Shown: positions 1 through 13,400 of the stretch, piece after piece
Layout of the letters: each line of letters starts with the position of its first letter
How positions within the stretch are numbered: the stretch's first letter is position 1
Assembly (NCBI RefSeq): GCF_001447785.1
Contig: NW_015168659.1
Span: forward strand, 186,001-250,000
DNA length: 64,000 nt
Direction of reading: 5' to 3'
Source of the DNA: Gekko japonicus
Lineage: Eukaryota
Program-made: the position numbers and the translations under genes
The notes under the pieces: model-generated
What the model saw: the letters and a program-made list of their open reading frames with translations, nothing else
Told to the model about the DNA's origin: nothing
Databases searched by the model: none

Positions 1-70
1 CTAAGCCAGCAATCACTTGGAAGAAGAATGGGCACTTCCTTAATGTGGATCAGAATCAAAACACATTCAG
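1..70 (+). CDS. HMCN1: HMCN1 exon (partial), Ig domain: [23 protein letters not shown]
   Basis: Frame 3; donor AG|gtgaaa at 70/71. Confidence 0.9.
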
Positions 71-3000
71 GTGAAAGAAAATGTTTTCTCTCTTGTATTG
101 TTATTTGTAGAGTCATTTGGTATGTGTGGCCCTTTACAGAGAACTATAAACAAAAAATCCCTGCTCTGAGAAGCTTTCAATCCTAAAATTGGAGAGAGGA
201 GAGTTTATTTTTCATAATTTTTCCATAGGATTGGATTTTTGGTGAATTAAGCAACTGTAGTAAATGCTTCAGGACTTTTTTTGGAAGTAATCTGTTCCAA
301 GAACGTTCTGGGCAGTGTTTTGTATATCATCTCATAAACCAATATAGTGACAACTGTCTAGTCAAACTGCTTACAGTTACTTTAGAAACTATCATTAAAA
401 ATTTCATTATGAATGTGTGCATTAAAACTGAGGTGTTGGCTACAGACACCACAAGTATGTGTGCTGCCTTCACAGTACAAAGATTCTGATTCCAAATCTC
501 AGACAAGCTGTTCTGGCCTGGGTAGATGAAGACCAAGCACAACTATTCCATACAGATTTTATAAAGAAGACTAAGGAGACAGTTGCTGGAGATACTGCAA
601 GAGGGGTAGGGGGGGGTCTCCCTTAGATAATTTATTTTATTTATTTAAAAAAATTATGCTCCCTTTCCATCCAATTAGGATCTACAAGTTGGCGAACATA
701 AAAACATTTAAGGAATTAAAATACAATTAGAATGATAAAAAATCAATTAAAACATGTAAACATACAGTACTAGAAGGAAGGTCAAAACTTTTATTGGGGG
801 TATAACAGACAAAACAAAAACGTCTTCATCTGTGGGTGAAAGACTCACAATAGAGGGAGGCAGAAAAATCTTCTTGGGGAGGAAGTTCCAAAGTTTTGGT
901 GCCACAATGGAGAAGGCCCTTTCTTGGGTCACCACCCATCTAGCCTCAGATGGCAGGATCCCCTACCTGCTGCCCTCCTCCCTTTCCTTGGGACTTTTTG
1001 GAGGCAAGGTATACATCTGGAAGGTGCCAGATCTGAATTAATTTCAATTTGGACATGACTGCTTTGAGGATTGATCCAGAATCAGTCTATGGATACCACG
1101 TCTCTAAATTTACCAGGCTGATCCTGATCTGTTTTGTAATTTTGTGGCAATTTTTGCCTTGAGGGTATAGAACTGGTTTAGAAGTTCTCTTGCAATTGTG
1201 ATTTTACACTCCCCCCCTCCAGCTGAGTAGCATTATTTGAACTGTACCCCCCCCCCAACAGCGGGGTTTTTTTTCCTGCAGAGAAGTATAACCAGCCCTT
1301 CTTTCTCATTGCAGGCTTTTGTCTTCAGGGTCACTAGTAATAATTTCTCCCACTATTGATGACACAGCACTCTATGAATGCATTGTATCAAATGATGCTG
1401 GAGAGGATCAAAGACTGATTACTCTCATTGTACAAGGTACAGTATACATACAGTGTTTAGCGTCATACCTTTCCTCCCCTAAAATCCCTTTGCTTTCTTT
1501 TGCATGGAGTAACGAAACAGTAACATGTCCAAGTTGTATTATATAGAAAATAGAGGGTTCATCTTGCATTCCAGTCAGGGGCTGGGATCAAGAGAAGCCT
1601 GTGCATGCATTGGGAGAAATTCCTGATTTTTCAGTTCTGTGTAGAAGCTTCTTGTGGATCATGCTGTGGCATTCCCAACTTTCAGGGGACACAGAGGGCT
1701 TTTACTGGAGATAGGAAGCAAAAAAGCCCCCGGTGGGCAGAGCACTAAATACAGCACTTGGAAAATGGATAAAGGTCGTCCAAAATTCCAAGTTAATTGT
1801 CCATAATCACAACGTTTAAAGATATATACACTTACATACATTTATATAGAACAAAGTTTGAGTCCAATGGCACCTTTAAGAACACGAAAGTTTTATTCTG
1901 GGTATAAACTTTCATGCACATGCAAACTTCTTCAGATACATGCACATGGAAACTTATACTCAGAATTAACTTTGGTGGTCTTAAAGCTGCTACTGGACTC
2001 AAATTTTGTTCTATTTCTTCAGACCAACATGGCTACCCACCTGAATCTCTAGACATTTTTATAGTAAAGGTAAAGGTTTCCCTTGCTCGAAAGCCAGTCG
2101 AATCTGACTCTAGGGGACGGTGTTCATCTCCGTTTCCAAGCCGAAGATCCAGCGCTGTTTCCATGGTCATGTGGCCAGCATGACTAAACACCGAGGTGCA
2201 CGGAATGCTGTTACCTTCCCACCAAAGTGGTACCTATTTATGTACTTGCAATTTCTTGCTTTTGAACTGCTAGGTTGGCAGGAGCTGGGACCAAAGATGG
2301 GAGCTCACTCCGTCACACAGCACTAGGGTCTCGAACTGCCAAACTACCGACCTTCCAGTCTGCAGTTCATTTTTATAGACGATTGTTAAATCAAAACTGA
2401 TACTTATTCATATAACTATGCAATCAGTGTTTGAAAATTTCATCTCTCTCCTTACAATTCTTCTGTTTCAGTTTTCAGGTTGAAAGCAGTTCTCTTTGGG
2501 CAGAGAAACATTGTCTGATATCGCTCTTTAATTTTAAAAAAATCTTTTTTCAATTGTTTGTGTTGCTATTATTTGTTTTATGTGCAGCAGCCAGTTTTTC
2601 ATTGAATTACTGCATCTCCTTCCACCTGGGCAGTCCCACATACAGAACTTGATCTTACAACACTTACGTAGCCAATCAGATTTGCATACATGATGTCTCT
2701 GAGGATAAACAGCTGAGAGCAATACTTCCTAGATAATTCACACACATCCAGATAAGGGTTCATATGCCTTATGGCAGCAGAATATGTCAGGTTTTCAAAA
2801 CGTTAAGAGAGAGTCCAGAAGAAGGGACGGTCATCAGTTGTCCGACTTCCCTTTCCCTTAAGAAGAAGAAGAAGAGGAGAAGAGATTGGATTTATACCCC
2901 GTCCTTCACTATCCAAAGGTGTCTAAGGGTGGCTTACAAACCCCTTTCCCTTCCCCTCCCCACAACAGACACCCTGTGAGGTAGGCAGGGCTGAGAGAGC

Positions 3001-6000
3001 TCTGACAGAAACTGCTCTTTTTTCAAGAACAGCTCTTATCAGAACTATGGCTTGCCCAAGGTCATCCAGCCAGGTGCAAGTGGAGGAGTGGGGAATCAAA
3101 CCCGGTTCTCCCAAATTAGAGAACCACTTAGTCACTACACCAAATTAGACTTCTTCCTCCCATCGTCATATCTTCCGCAACCCAGAACAAATGAAGAAGT
3201 GGCTCCTCCCACTATTCATCCCAATACCCCAAACAAATTCAGCCTGTCTCAAAACTACTGAGCCTTTGCCCACATTGCTGCCTAAACTAGGAACCCATCA
3301 CTGCTCCAAAAAATGGAGCACCTGGGCCAGAAACTACATGAAGATACAGAAACTGTGTGATGATATGGCCACTCCCTTCATGTCATCTTTAATAGTAGGT
3401 CTTGTAGAGTGTTTATATTATATGCCCATCAGGTTGTGCTTCTTCTGTTGGTCCTCTGAAATCCATTCAAGGTGACATAGCAATATGCAATAAACATGAA
3501 TGGTCACTAGTTCTGTTTTTCCCTATTTTCCTCACTTTAGTTCCACCATCCTTGGCAGATGAAGTTACAGATCTGCTGGTAACAAAACTGTCTCCAGTAG
3601 TCATTCCCTGCACTGCATCAGGTGTTCCTTTGCCCACAATCCACTGGACCAAAAATGGGATACGACTTCCTCCTCGAGGAAATGGCTACAGAATCCTCTC
3701 TTCAGGTTACACATTTACAATGATTTTGAGGGCCTTTCTGAATTTTAACATTCCTTAAAATATGGAATATAGTGACGGTTTTGTTCTCAAAACTTTTCAA
3801 TCAGTGCTGGAGCTTTTGACCAGATGCACATTTCCTGTCAACTCATGTTTCTGTACTACTACCTGCTATTTTTCTACTGCAAGTGACATCTGAAGAGACC
3901 AATTTCCAGGGAAGAAGTGGTGGAGGAATAATGGCAGGGGTGCTTCTCTGGCTCACCATTTTTCTCATGAAGCTCCTCCTTGCTTACCCGCTACCCCAGC
4001 CTAGGCATGATAGACGCATGTATCTAACCATGCATGCACAGAACATTGGTTTCCATCATTCCATGCACTCCTTTCTATTCCTGCAACCCCTTTTGACGCC
4101 CAGAGACATTCATTCCTGGGGTCTCAGTACCTGTCCAGAGGAATATCTACATGGATTTGGATGGTGCAGGGGGAAGAGGGAAAGGAATGAAATAGTTCCT
4201 CTGTGTCTTCTGTAAGGGTAGCTCTGTTGACAGAGGAGAGATGAAGGGAAAATTTCATGCTCCTCACTGCAGCATCCTGACTTATGAAGTTATTCCCTTT
4301 ATGGGTCCCATAATACCATGAATGATTTGAAATAGGCTGAGGAGCAGAGAGAAATGTGGGAAAACTCTGCACTCCTGCTGTGCACACATGGGACACAGGA
4401 AGTGGGTATGGACTCCTGCAATGAGAAAAGGAGTTGGGGAGCTGCAAGGCAAATCGGTGGGTGGTGATAGGGCTTAAGCACCATTATTCATCCTCATTGA
4501 TATGCAGTGGGGAACTGGGAGCCAGGCTTTTGCAAAAAGTGAGTGGACTGATGATGTGTACTTTCAGCAAAAAGACTGCAGCCATAAATAAAAGTCTTCC
4601 TACTGCTAGAAGCAGCAAGATGTGTGATAGCTCTGTTTCTGTTGCCAAAGGCTACCATCTAACCCCCTGTGGCCTCTTTCCATCCTCCTGCAAGTCTGGC
4701 ACCTAATCACTAGGGATTCCCCACATCCCTGGGGTTCCAACAGACCCTGCTGCTTCAGCTCTTGAGTTTTGCTGTGAGTTTTGTCTGTATTACCTCGGAC
4801 ACACATGAGGACTCAGAGCTCCTTCTTTTAAAGGCTCATACATCAAGAACTTCTCTAGGAATAGATCTTTGCACCATTCTCGCTGCTTGCATTGCATAGG
4901 GCTGCCAAGCAAAGAAAATAGGGGAACAAAGCTCTGCTCATCCTGGGGGCACCTGGAGCTGAGCATGTCATGTGATTTTTCCTTCCCCTACGCTTGTATC
5001 AGGTCAAGGAATTTTTGTCTGGGAGCTCTCCTCAATACTTGCAGAGCGGCTTGTAACTGAAGGAATTGTTTGTGATTTGTACATTGACTGTACTTTGCTT
5101 TCTGAAGTGCTTGGAAACTGGTCTTGAACTGCCTGGTAGATATAAGAGGCCCCTAATCATGGTTTGACTATGCTTTGTTAAAGTTTTTGCTCCCTTTCCA
5201 TAGGTGCTGTTGAAATAGCTGCTGCTCAGCTGGACAATGCAGGAAGGTACACCTGTACAGCACGGAATGCTGCAGGCTCTGCACATAGACATGTTATTCT
5301 TCATGTTCAGGGTGAGGTGGGAACTTGTATATTTCTTGTCTGTCTCAAAGAGAATTTTCATCAGAACCTTGATATCTAAGAGCATTTAGAATAGTTATAT
5401 GGTACTGCCCAGTTGGAACTGTGCCACTCTATGCAGACAGGGTTTGTATGAATGAAACTCAAATCTTCCATGTGAAAAGTTCTCAGTGCTTAGAAAACTC
5501 ATATGTCAGAGAAAGCCGCCCTGAGCTGCTTCGGCGGGAGGGCGGGGTAGAAATCCAACAAATAAATAAATAAAGGGGGAACCATAGTCAAGTTTGAGAA
5601 ATGCTAAGTTTCTATATGCAGGGAACGTTCACACATTCAATCATGTGTTTCTCCATCTGGAGCCATGCAGTCCCAGTGGGACAGTGCTACATAATTACTT
5701 TAAATGTGTAGGTCTGTTTTAATTCAGGAATCTGTTTTCATTTAAATAATATGTACATGCTTTTTTAAAGTAAACTTTTGTTGCTTAAAGCAACAGGGTT
5801 ACTTACTGTAAAGGGGAAGCAACCTGCCCCCACCTAGTTGTCATTAATGGATTTCTGATTTGTGAATAGGGATGGGCATGAATCGGCTGACAAACTAAAC
5901 TTCGTCATGAATTTTGGCCAGTCCGTGGATCGTGAAGCAATGTTTCTGAACGGAAGAACCACTGTGAACACAGTTCACGGTGGTTCGTGAAGAGCAGAAA

Positions 6001-9000
6001 GCAGGGGTTTAAACCCCTGCTTTCTACTCTTCACAAAAAACAGCTGTGGGAAGCTCCCTGCCACTCAGCTGTTTGAATTAAATGGCCCTCAGCTATTTAA
6101 ACCCCTGCTTTCTGCTCCCTATGAAAAGACAGTGGGAGCAGAAAGCAGGGGCCCATTTAAACCAAATTAGCTGAGTGGCACTGCTAACATTGCTTTCTGC
6201 TCCTTGCAAAAAGCTCACTGGCATTTAAACCAAACAGCTAAGTAGCTAGGAGTTCCCTGCTGCTCAGCTGTTTGGTTTAAATGCCCCCCTGCTTTCTGCT
6301 CCCTGTGAAAAGCCACAGGGAGCAGAAAGCAGGGGTTTAAACTTTGGCTCATGTACTGATATGAACTGGTTCAGTTTGTGAACCAGTGTATTGGTTCATG
6401 GTTAGGTTCATGGTTCAGCTACAAACTCTGAACCGAACTGCGAAACTACAGATTGTGCCCATCCCTATTTGTGAAGGCTGAACTTTGGCTCCTATTGACC
6501 TATTCGGATGGTTTTTCATAATACTTAGGATGAATTGGTGACTTGGTTGGCTTTCCTTCTGAAATCCTAGCCCTTTCTTGGTATACTAATTTGGCTTGGA
6601 TGGTGAACATGGTAACTCATGGATGCCCATGCCTTACCATTTAAGGTCCTGATTTTACTATATTTTAATTTGAACCTAAGAGAGCTAAGAAGGCAGTGTA
6701 ATGGCTTGAACCTAGGTAGGAGGAAACTTGAAGCAAATATGATCAAACATGGTCTAGAGACCATTTGAAGGCCTATTCTGTGATGGTGATGGCAGCAAAG
6801 AATACTTATTTCTCTGATACCATCAACTTGAAAAACAAAAATATTTTACTAATGGAACAAAAAACACCAAGAATTTGGTCTGGATTCTGCTGACTTTTGC
6901 ACTGATAAAGAATACCCTGAAAAGTTAGCCCTGAAAAAGTACTGCTGGGGATCATGCAGACTCTGGGCTGCAGTGAGGAGGCAAATCAGGCAAGGCTGTC
7001 CCACCTCTCTCTTATGCAAATGGAAAAACAAATGGGATTCAGTCACCTGTTACTACTCCACATGAGGAGGAATGAAGACTGCACTAAACTGACAAACTAG
7101 CTTTGTAAGCAGATAACTGAGTCCAAAGTGGTTATCTTACAGACATCTCATTGTCCAACGTTTGCTGTGTTTATAATGACTGATCCAATATGAATTTGTT
7201 AATTTACAATGGGTCCATCTTCCGGTATCTGCAAATGTATGTATCTCACCATTTGTGTGAACTTTTTGCTAGACTGCATTGTGAAGAGATGAGATTATGA
7301 TTATAATGCAAAAAGAGCTATGGAAATCAGCTCTTTTTATGTGAACCTCTATATTCCAGAACCACCAGCTATCCAAGTACCATCTGGAACACTTGAAGTT
7401 ATTCTAAATAATCCAGTTCTCTTACCATGTGAAGCAGTAGGTGTACCTCGTCCTGTCATAACATGGCAGAAAGAAGGCATCAATGTTGTCACAACAGGTA
7501 TTCTGGTTTGCTTTACAATTTTTCTGGTTTTTTTTTACATTTTGTAACATGCAGCATCACACTTTGGTACCCTCAGAAAGTATTACCATTCATAAATGTT
7601 GCACTATTGGTGTGTTATAGCAACCATTTGCCATGATTTGGCTCTGTGGATAAGAGAATCTAACTGCAAATGATTACCATAGTGCACCAATAGCACAATA
7701 GCCAATGATGTGCAGATGTAACCGAAAAGCATCTGCTGGTTCACACATGTATGTTCATCATTTGCTGACTGCAACATCAAGTGATAACTTACATATGAAA
7801 ACAGCCCATATGAAAACAGGTCTTTCATTTCACCTCAAAGGACATAATGCTTTTTACAGGAATTATTCCACCTATTCCATTGCCCATCATTGAATGTACA
7901 GTGATCAACAGAAGTTAAATGAAGGACTTATGTGTAAGAACCAGATCTGAGAAATGCCTGTCCAACTTCATCTTGAAAAATCCAAGAGAAAAGAATTCAC
8001 AGCTGCACTAGGAAATTTATTCCACTACTTTATTCTCACAGTGATGAGAATTTGGGCTTATTGCTTCAATGTCTTGGCTTGTTTTTATTTACTTGTTGCT
8101 ATTGTTGTTTAAACTGTAAGCCAGCCCAAGTGTGTTCTGGAGAGGCAGCATATACATTTTCAGACAAATGAATGTTACTCTTTATGTTTTACCTATCTCT
8201 TGCTGCCAGAGCTTAAATCCATGGTAATTTTAATGTTCTCGCTGGATTCATCATTTAGCTATTCCTTCTTTCTGACATCAGGGTAAACATCTGAAACAGC
8301 ATAAATATTTTCCCCTGTTAGATTAGACATATGCAGTTCCTTCAGTCTTTTGTCAGATTCTGATTTAAACTGTCCTTGCTCTCCCCCACAGTGGCTGTCC
8401 TATTTAGCACATTTCTTACATGCATTCTAGGTAACAGGTATACCATTCTGCCCAGTGGAAGTCTGCAGATCACAAGAGCTACAGTTGAAGATGCTGGAAC
8501 ATATATGTGTGTTGCTCAGAATCCAGCAGGCACTGCCCTTGGGAAGATCAAATTAAAAATTCAAGGTAAGTTTTGCCTGCCAATTACAATTTTCTTGATT
8601 TGAGTCCAGTAGCACCTTAGAGACTAATTGGTGAGCTTTGACTCTTGAAAGCCTTGTTGGTCTTCTGGATTCAAACCTGGCGGTTCTATTGCAAACCAAC
8701 ATGGTTACCCTCTGAAACTATACAAATTTCCTGTTACCGGAAATTATGCCATAAAGCATTATGGGTATTATTCTTCGAAAGGAGATGCTATTAACTGAAC
8801 TTTGTCCTGGTAATCATCACCAAGTAGGGAGAGCAGGATAATGTACTTACGAGTGTTTGCTTTTATCTTCTGCTCGAGAAAAAAAGAGATCAATGATTTG
8901 GGGAGAGATGTAATCCTTGTGCCTGCATAGGTGCTGTGTATATGGGACTAGAGCTTGGAGATAACAGAATGAGCCAGGCCATAGGGTCTTGAGGTGGAAG

Positions 9001-10421
9001 GGCTTAGGGGAAGCAAACACTCGTGAGAAACAGACAGAATTTGGTCTGTTATCTCCAAGCTCTAGTCCCATACACACAGCACCTATGCAGGGACAAGTTA
9101 ACATGGATAGAACAGGAATGCGTGTGAGGGCCTTGACCACCGCCTATGCATGCTTACCCAAAAGTGTACATAGTGTCTGTTGTTGTTGTTCAGTCGCACA
9201 GTCGAGTCCGACTCTTTGCGACCCCATGGACCACATCACACCAGGCCCTCCTCTCTTCTGTCGTGCTCCGGAGTTTGCTTAATTTCATGTTCATTGCCTC
9301 GATAACACTGTCTAACCATCTCATCCTTTGCCGTCCCCTTCTTCTTTGACCTTCAATATTTCCCAGCATCAAGGTCTTCTCCAGTGAGTGCTCCCTTCTC
9401 ATTTGGTGGCCAAACTATTTGAGCTTCAGCTTCAGTATCTGGCCTTCCAGGGAACAGTAAGGGTTGATTTCTTTTAGGATTGACTGATTTGATCTCCTTG
9501 CAGTCCAGGGGACTCTCAAAAGTCTTCTCCAGCATCATAGTTCAAAAGAATCTATTCTTCGGCACTCGACCTTCCTTATAGTCCAACTCTCACAGTCATA
9601 CAGTACTACTGGGAATACCATTGCTTTGACCATACGGACTTTAGTTGGCAGGGTGATGTCTCTACTTTTTATTATGCTTTCTAGGTTTGTCATCACTTTC
9701 CTCCCAAGGAACAGGCATCTTTTAATTTCATGGCTGCAATCACCGTCTGCAGTGATCTTGGATCCCAACATAGTGTCTGCACACATACAAACTGTATATT
9801 TGTCAGCTCTGTCCTCATAATTGGGAATGCTGGGTCAGGAAATCGCCCTTCTTTGATGAGCTGCAGCCTATACATGCATAATTTGTACATGCATAGACAC
9901 TATGCACATGTTTGGAGAAGCCAGATAAACCAGCCAGGTCAGCACACTCAGACACAAGCAAGTTAGGGGCAGCCTGTTTACTCCAGCTCCTCCTCCTTGT
10001 CTTTTCATATTGGCATTCTGCTATATATCCTGTGTATACAGAGGTAAAGTAAGTGAGCAGAATTCATGGGAAGGTAACCCTTGTAAAAGCTCACTGGAAA
10101 TGATGACCAACTTTTTTCTAGCAGCTCAGGGAGGCCTCCACATCTCTATTTATTTCCATAAAGAAGTTCTGAAAATTTCAGTACAAGTTAAATCCCAGCA
10201 GTTTCAAACACAAGGGACTTTTATTTATATTGACTCTACCAAAGACAACAGTCATATACCCTCTACTCCAGCCACTAACATGGCACAGTCTCTCTTTTAG
10301 AATAATGTTTGTTGTTTCCCTGCATTTACACTAGCCAAATAATGAAAGAAGGTGTTCTATGCAGAAGGCCAGTCTCCAGATCTAATGCTGAGAGGAGAAG
10401 CAAAAAGAAGGCAAAAGGCTT

Positions 10422-10471
<50 letters not shown>

Positions 10472-13400
10472 GTTCCTCATATTTAATCAACAAGAACATG
10501 ATGGGAGATGATGCTCCTGTTATGTGCAATTGATTCCTTTGTTTTCATTCCCCTCCCCCCCCCCCAGTTCCTCCAGCTATCAGACCTCACCCAAAGGAAT
10601 ATGTCGTTGTTGTGGATAAGCCAGCCACTCTATTGTGTGAAGCAGAGGGCTATCCAGCTCCTGAGATTGCATGGCACAAAGATGGGCAGCAGATCGTAGA
10701 GTCCCTGAGACAGCGAATTCTCAGCACAGGAGCTTTGCAGATTGCATTTGCTCAGACTACTGATGCTGGACGTTACACATGCACAGCTACAAATGTGGCT
10801 GGATCGGGCAGCTCTAGTGTGGAACTCACCATTCATGGTAAGTAAGATTAGGTCTGGACAACCCAGGGGATTGCCTGGGAACACCAGACACTGCAGCCTT
10901 ATTAAGTCCATAGGCATTCTAAACAATTGTTTAACATTTTATATTATATATACATTCACACATACAAACACACATATATATATCTATAGTTCCTGTCTTG
11001 CTACTTAATCTTGCTTGTAGAATCTATGAACAATACAGAGTCAGGAGCAGGAGATTTTGCACAAGGGTCTAGTCCCAAGACATAAATTAATGGGATGCCC
11101 TTGCATATTCTGACACCAGTCTCTTGGTTCAGTTTGATTTCTGAGCCAATTGTGAAAAAGGGCTTTCCTCATCTAATAGTTTGTTCAAAGTACACGTGCT
11201 CTGATCGATCCATATTTTCCTTTTCATACAGTTATCGTCAGTGCATTATTTATTTATTTATTTATTGCATTTGTACCCCGCCCTCCCGCGAACAGGCTCA
11301 GGGTGGCTTACACGGGGGCACAAGCCCATACATAAAAACAGTATAAAACATTAAAAGCTATTAAGTCACAACAAAAACAAATAAAGTGCTCCATACAACA
11401 AGATGGTCTCTGAAGATAGTATCGATCATTTCATTAGGGTGAAATTGTCCTGTCGATGGTCCAATGATGAATTTCCACCAAAATAACAGTAAATACACAA
11501 GCAAATAGATCAAATTCTAACCATCATGTAATCATTCCCTGGTCATGTTTATCAGCATTTATAATAGCTGGAGTATATTGCACCCTTATCCTGATTATCT
11601 AAAAAAAAAAAGACAGATTATAAATGAAATAAATAAATAAATGTTCCAGCCCCTTCCTGATAATCAGTTGAACCATTACCACTATTAAATAGCCAGTAAT
11701 TGGTTTTGTGTATCCAGTCCTAAGTTCGACCTGTAAGATGCTGAATTTTTTTAAAGTTAGAAACATAGTTTTAAATATAATTTTGGAACATAAAAAACCT
11801 TTCTCTATAACAAACTGCAGTATCTATCTTAAATTACTTTCTTGCACAGTTTACATGTCTCCTCTAATGTACTGTTAGAGTGCTACCATCCTTCTTACAA
11901 ACTGTGTGTCTTTCCCTGTTATAATTTATTCAGTGAAGTCTACATAGCATGAAGGCTTTTAGACAAAATATAACAATCATTGAAATGGCTTTCCACGTTA
12001 AATTAAATCGGTCAGGCTAAATGGTGTTTAATACTGGGATATGAGTGTAATACACACTGCTTAATACTGTGACTTAGTAAAAGCCTGATAGGCTATGGAA
12101 TGCAGCTAGTCTTCCTCCCCCCCCCCTTATATTCATGCAGTCCCACCAAAGATACAGAATACAGAGGACCAGTACTCAGTGGCTGAAAATTCACAAGTTG
12201 TTTTACCATGCCCTGCTGATGGAATCCCAACACCATCTATAAACTGGAAAAGAGATGGATTTCTTTTAAAGAACACAGTGGGAAAACACACAGCTGTGCA
12301 ATATGGAAATCTCATTGTGGACAATGCCGTGGTAAGCATCCATTCAATAAATGATACCCGGGAGGGAGGGAGGAAGCAATTGACCTATTTTTCTCCTGGG
12401 GGGGAAATAGAATGTTTCGAAAAATGGTTTTAAAACAATCATTTTGGAAAATGTGCATTGCATTGCCTTGTGGGGAGGAATATATACACTTCAACCTGCA
12501 CAATAGAGTAGATTGTTTGGTGGTCATCTGGAATGTATTTTTGCTTGCCCTGAGTCCATAAGAAACCTGGAGCTCAGTAGTGATGGGGCTCAGTAGTGCC
12601 CCAGCCGTTAGCTTTGCAGCCATTTGCTTGGGATGGATATCAAAGTGCTCTGATAGGCTTCCTACATACAGGTCTGTGGAGGGCATCTACTGTGTGCAGA
12701 TCCTATGGCGCTAGAATGTCACAACACAGATTCTGCATACTTAGTCTCTCCGATCAGCTACTTTTCCAAATTGAGAAGCAGACTATCAACTTCAGTGAAT
12801 GGGAATGGGGTGCATGGAGTCAACATCTCCAAGGAAAGGTTCAGGTTTAGTTCTGATCCTGCCACCATGTTTACAGCAGTATCTTTATGCAAGTCCATTG
12901 GCATGGCGTCATTGGTGACCATATAGCGGGAGGTTAATATGATAAAACATGCAAGTCCTAAAGAATGTGTTCAGAACAATGTTAAATCTAATCCATTTAA
13001 CATCTAGTGTATTTGCTTTAGAAAGACCAGCTAATTAACTTCTAAAGCTCCGCCATGTCTCTAGCATTTCTAGTTTTTTTGTTTGCAAAAAAATCATGTC
13101 AAGTAATTTTCCTTGCTGATAGCAGCGAGAATTTTGTATGCAAAATATTGGAAAGTGAACCAGGTACCAACAGATGATGAACTGATTGAAAAGATTTTAG
13201 AAGTGGCTGAAATTGACATTTTATTGGAAAGGCTAAAAGACCTTGACAACCAAGAGCTGGAAGAGATATGTGTTAAACAAAGGAAAGATGTATGTTTGCT
13301 TGTAGAACTTGATCTAAGTGGCTTAAATTGTTAGATAATTCTCTGTGCTCTACTGTTTCACAGATGTCATAACCCATACCTTGTCCCATCCCTACCTTAC

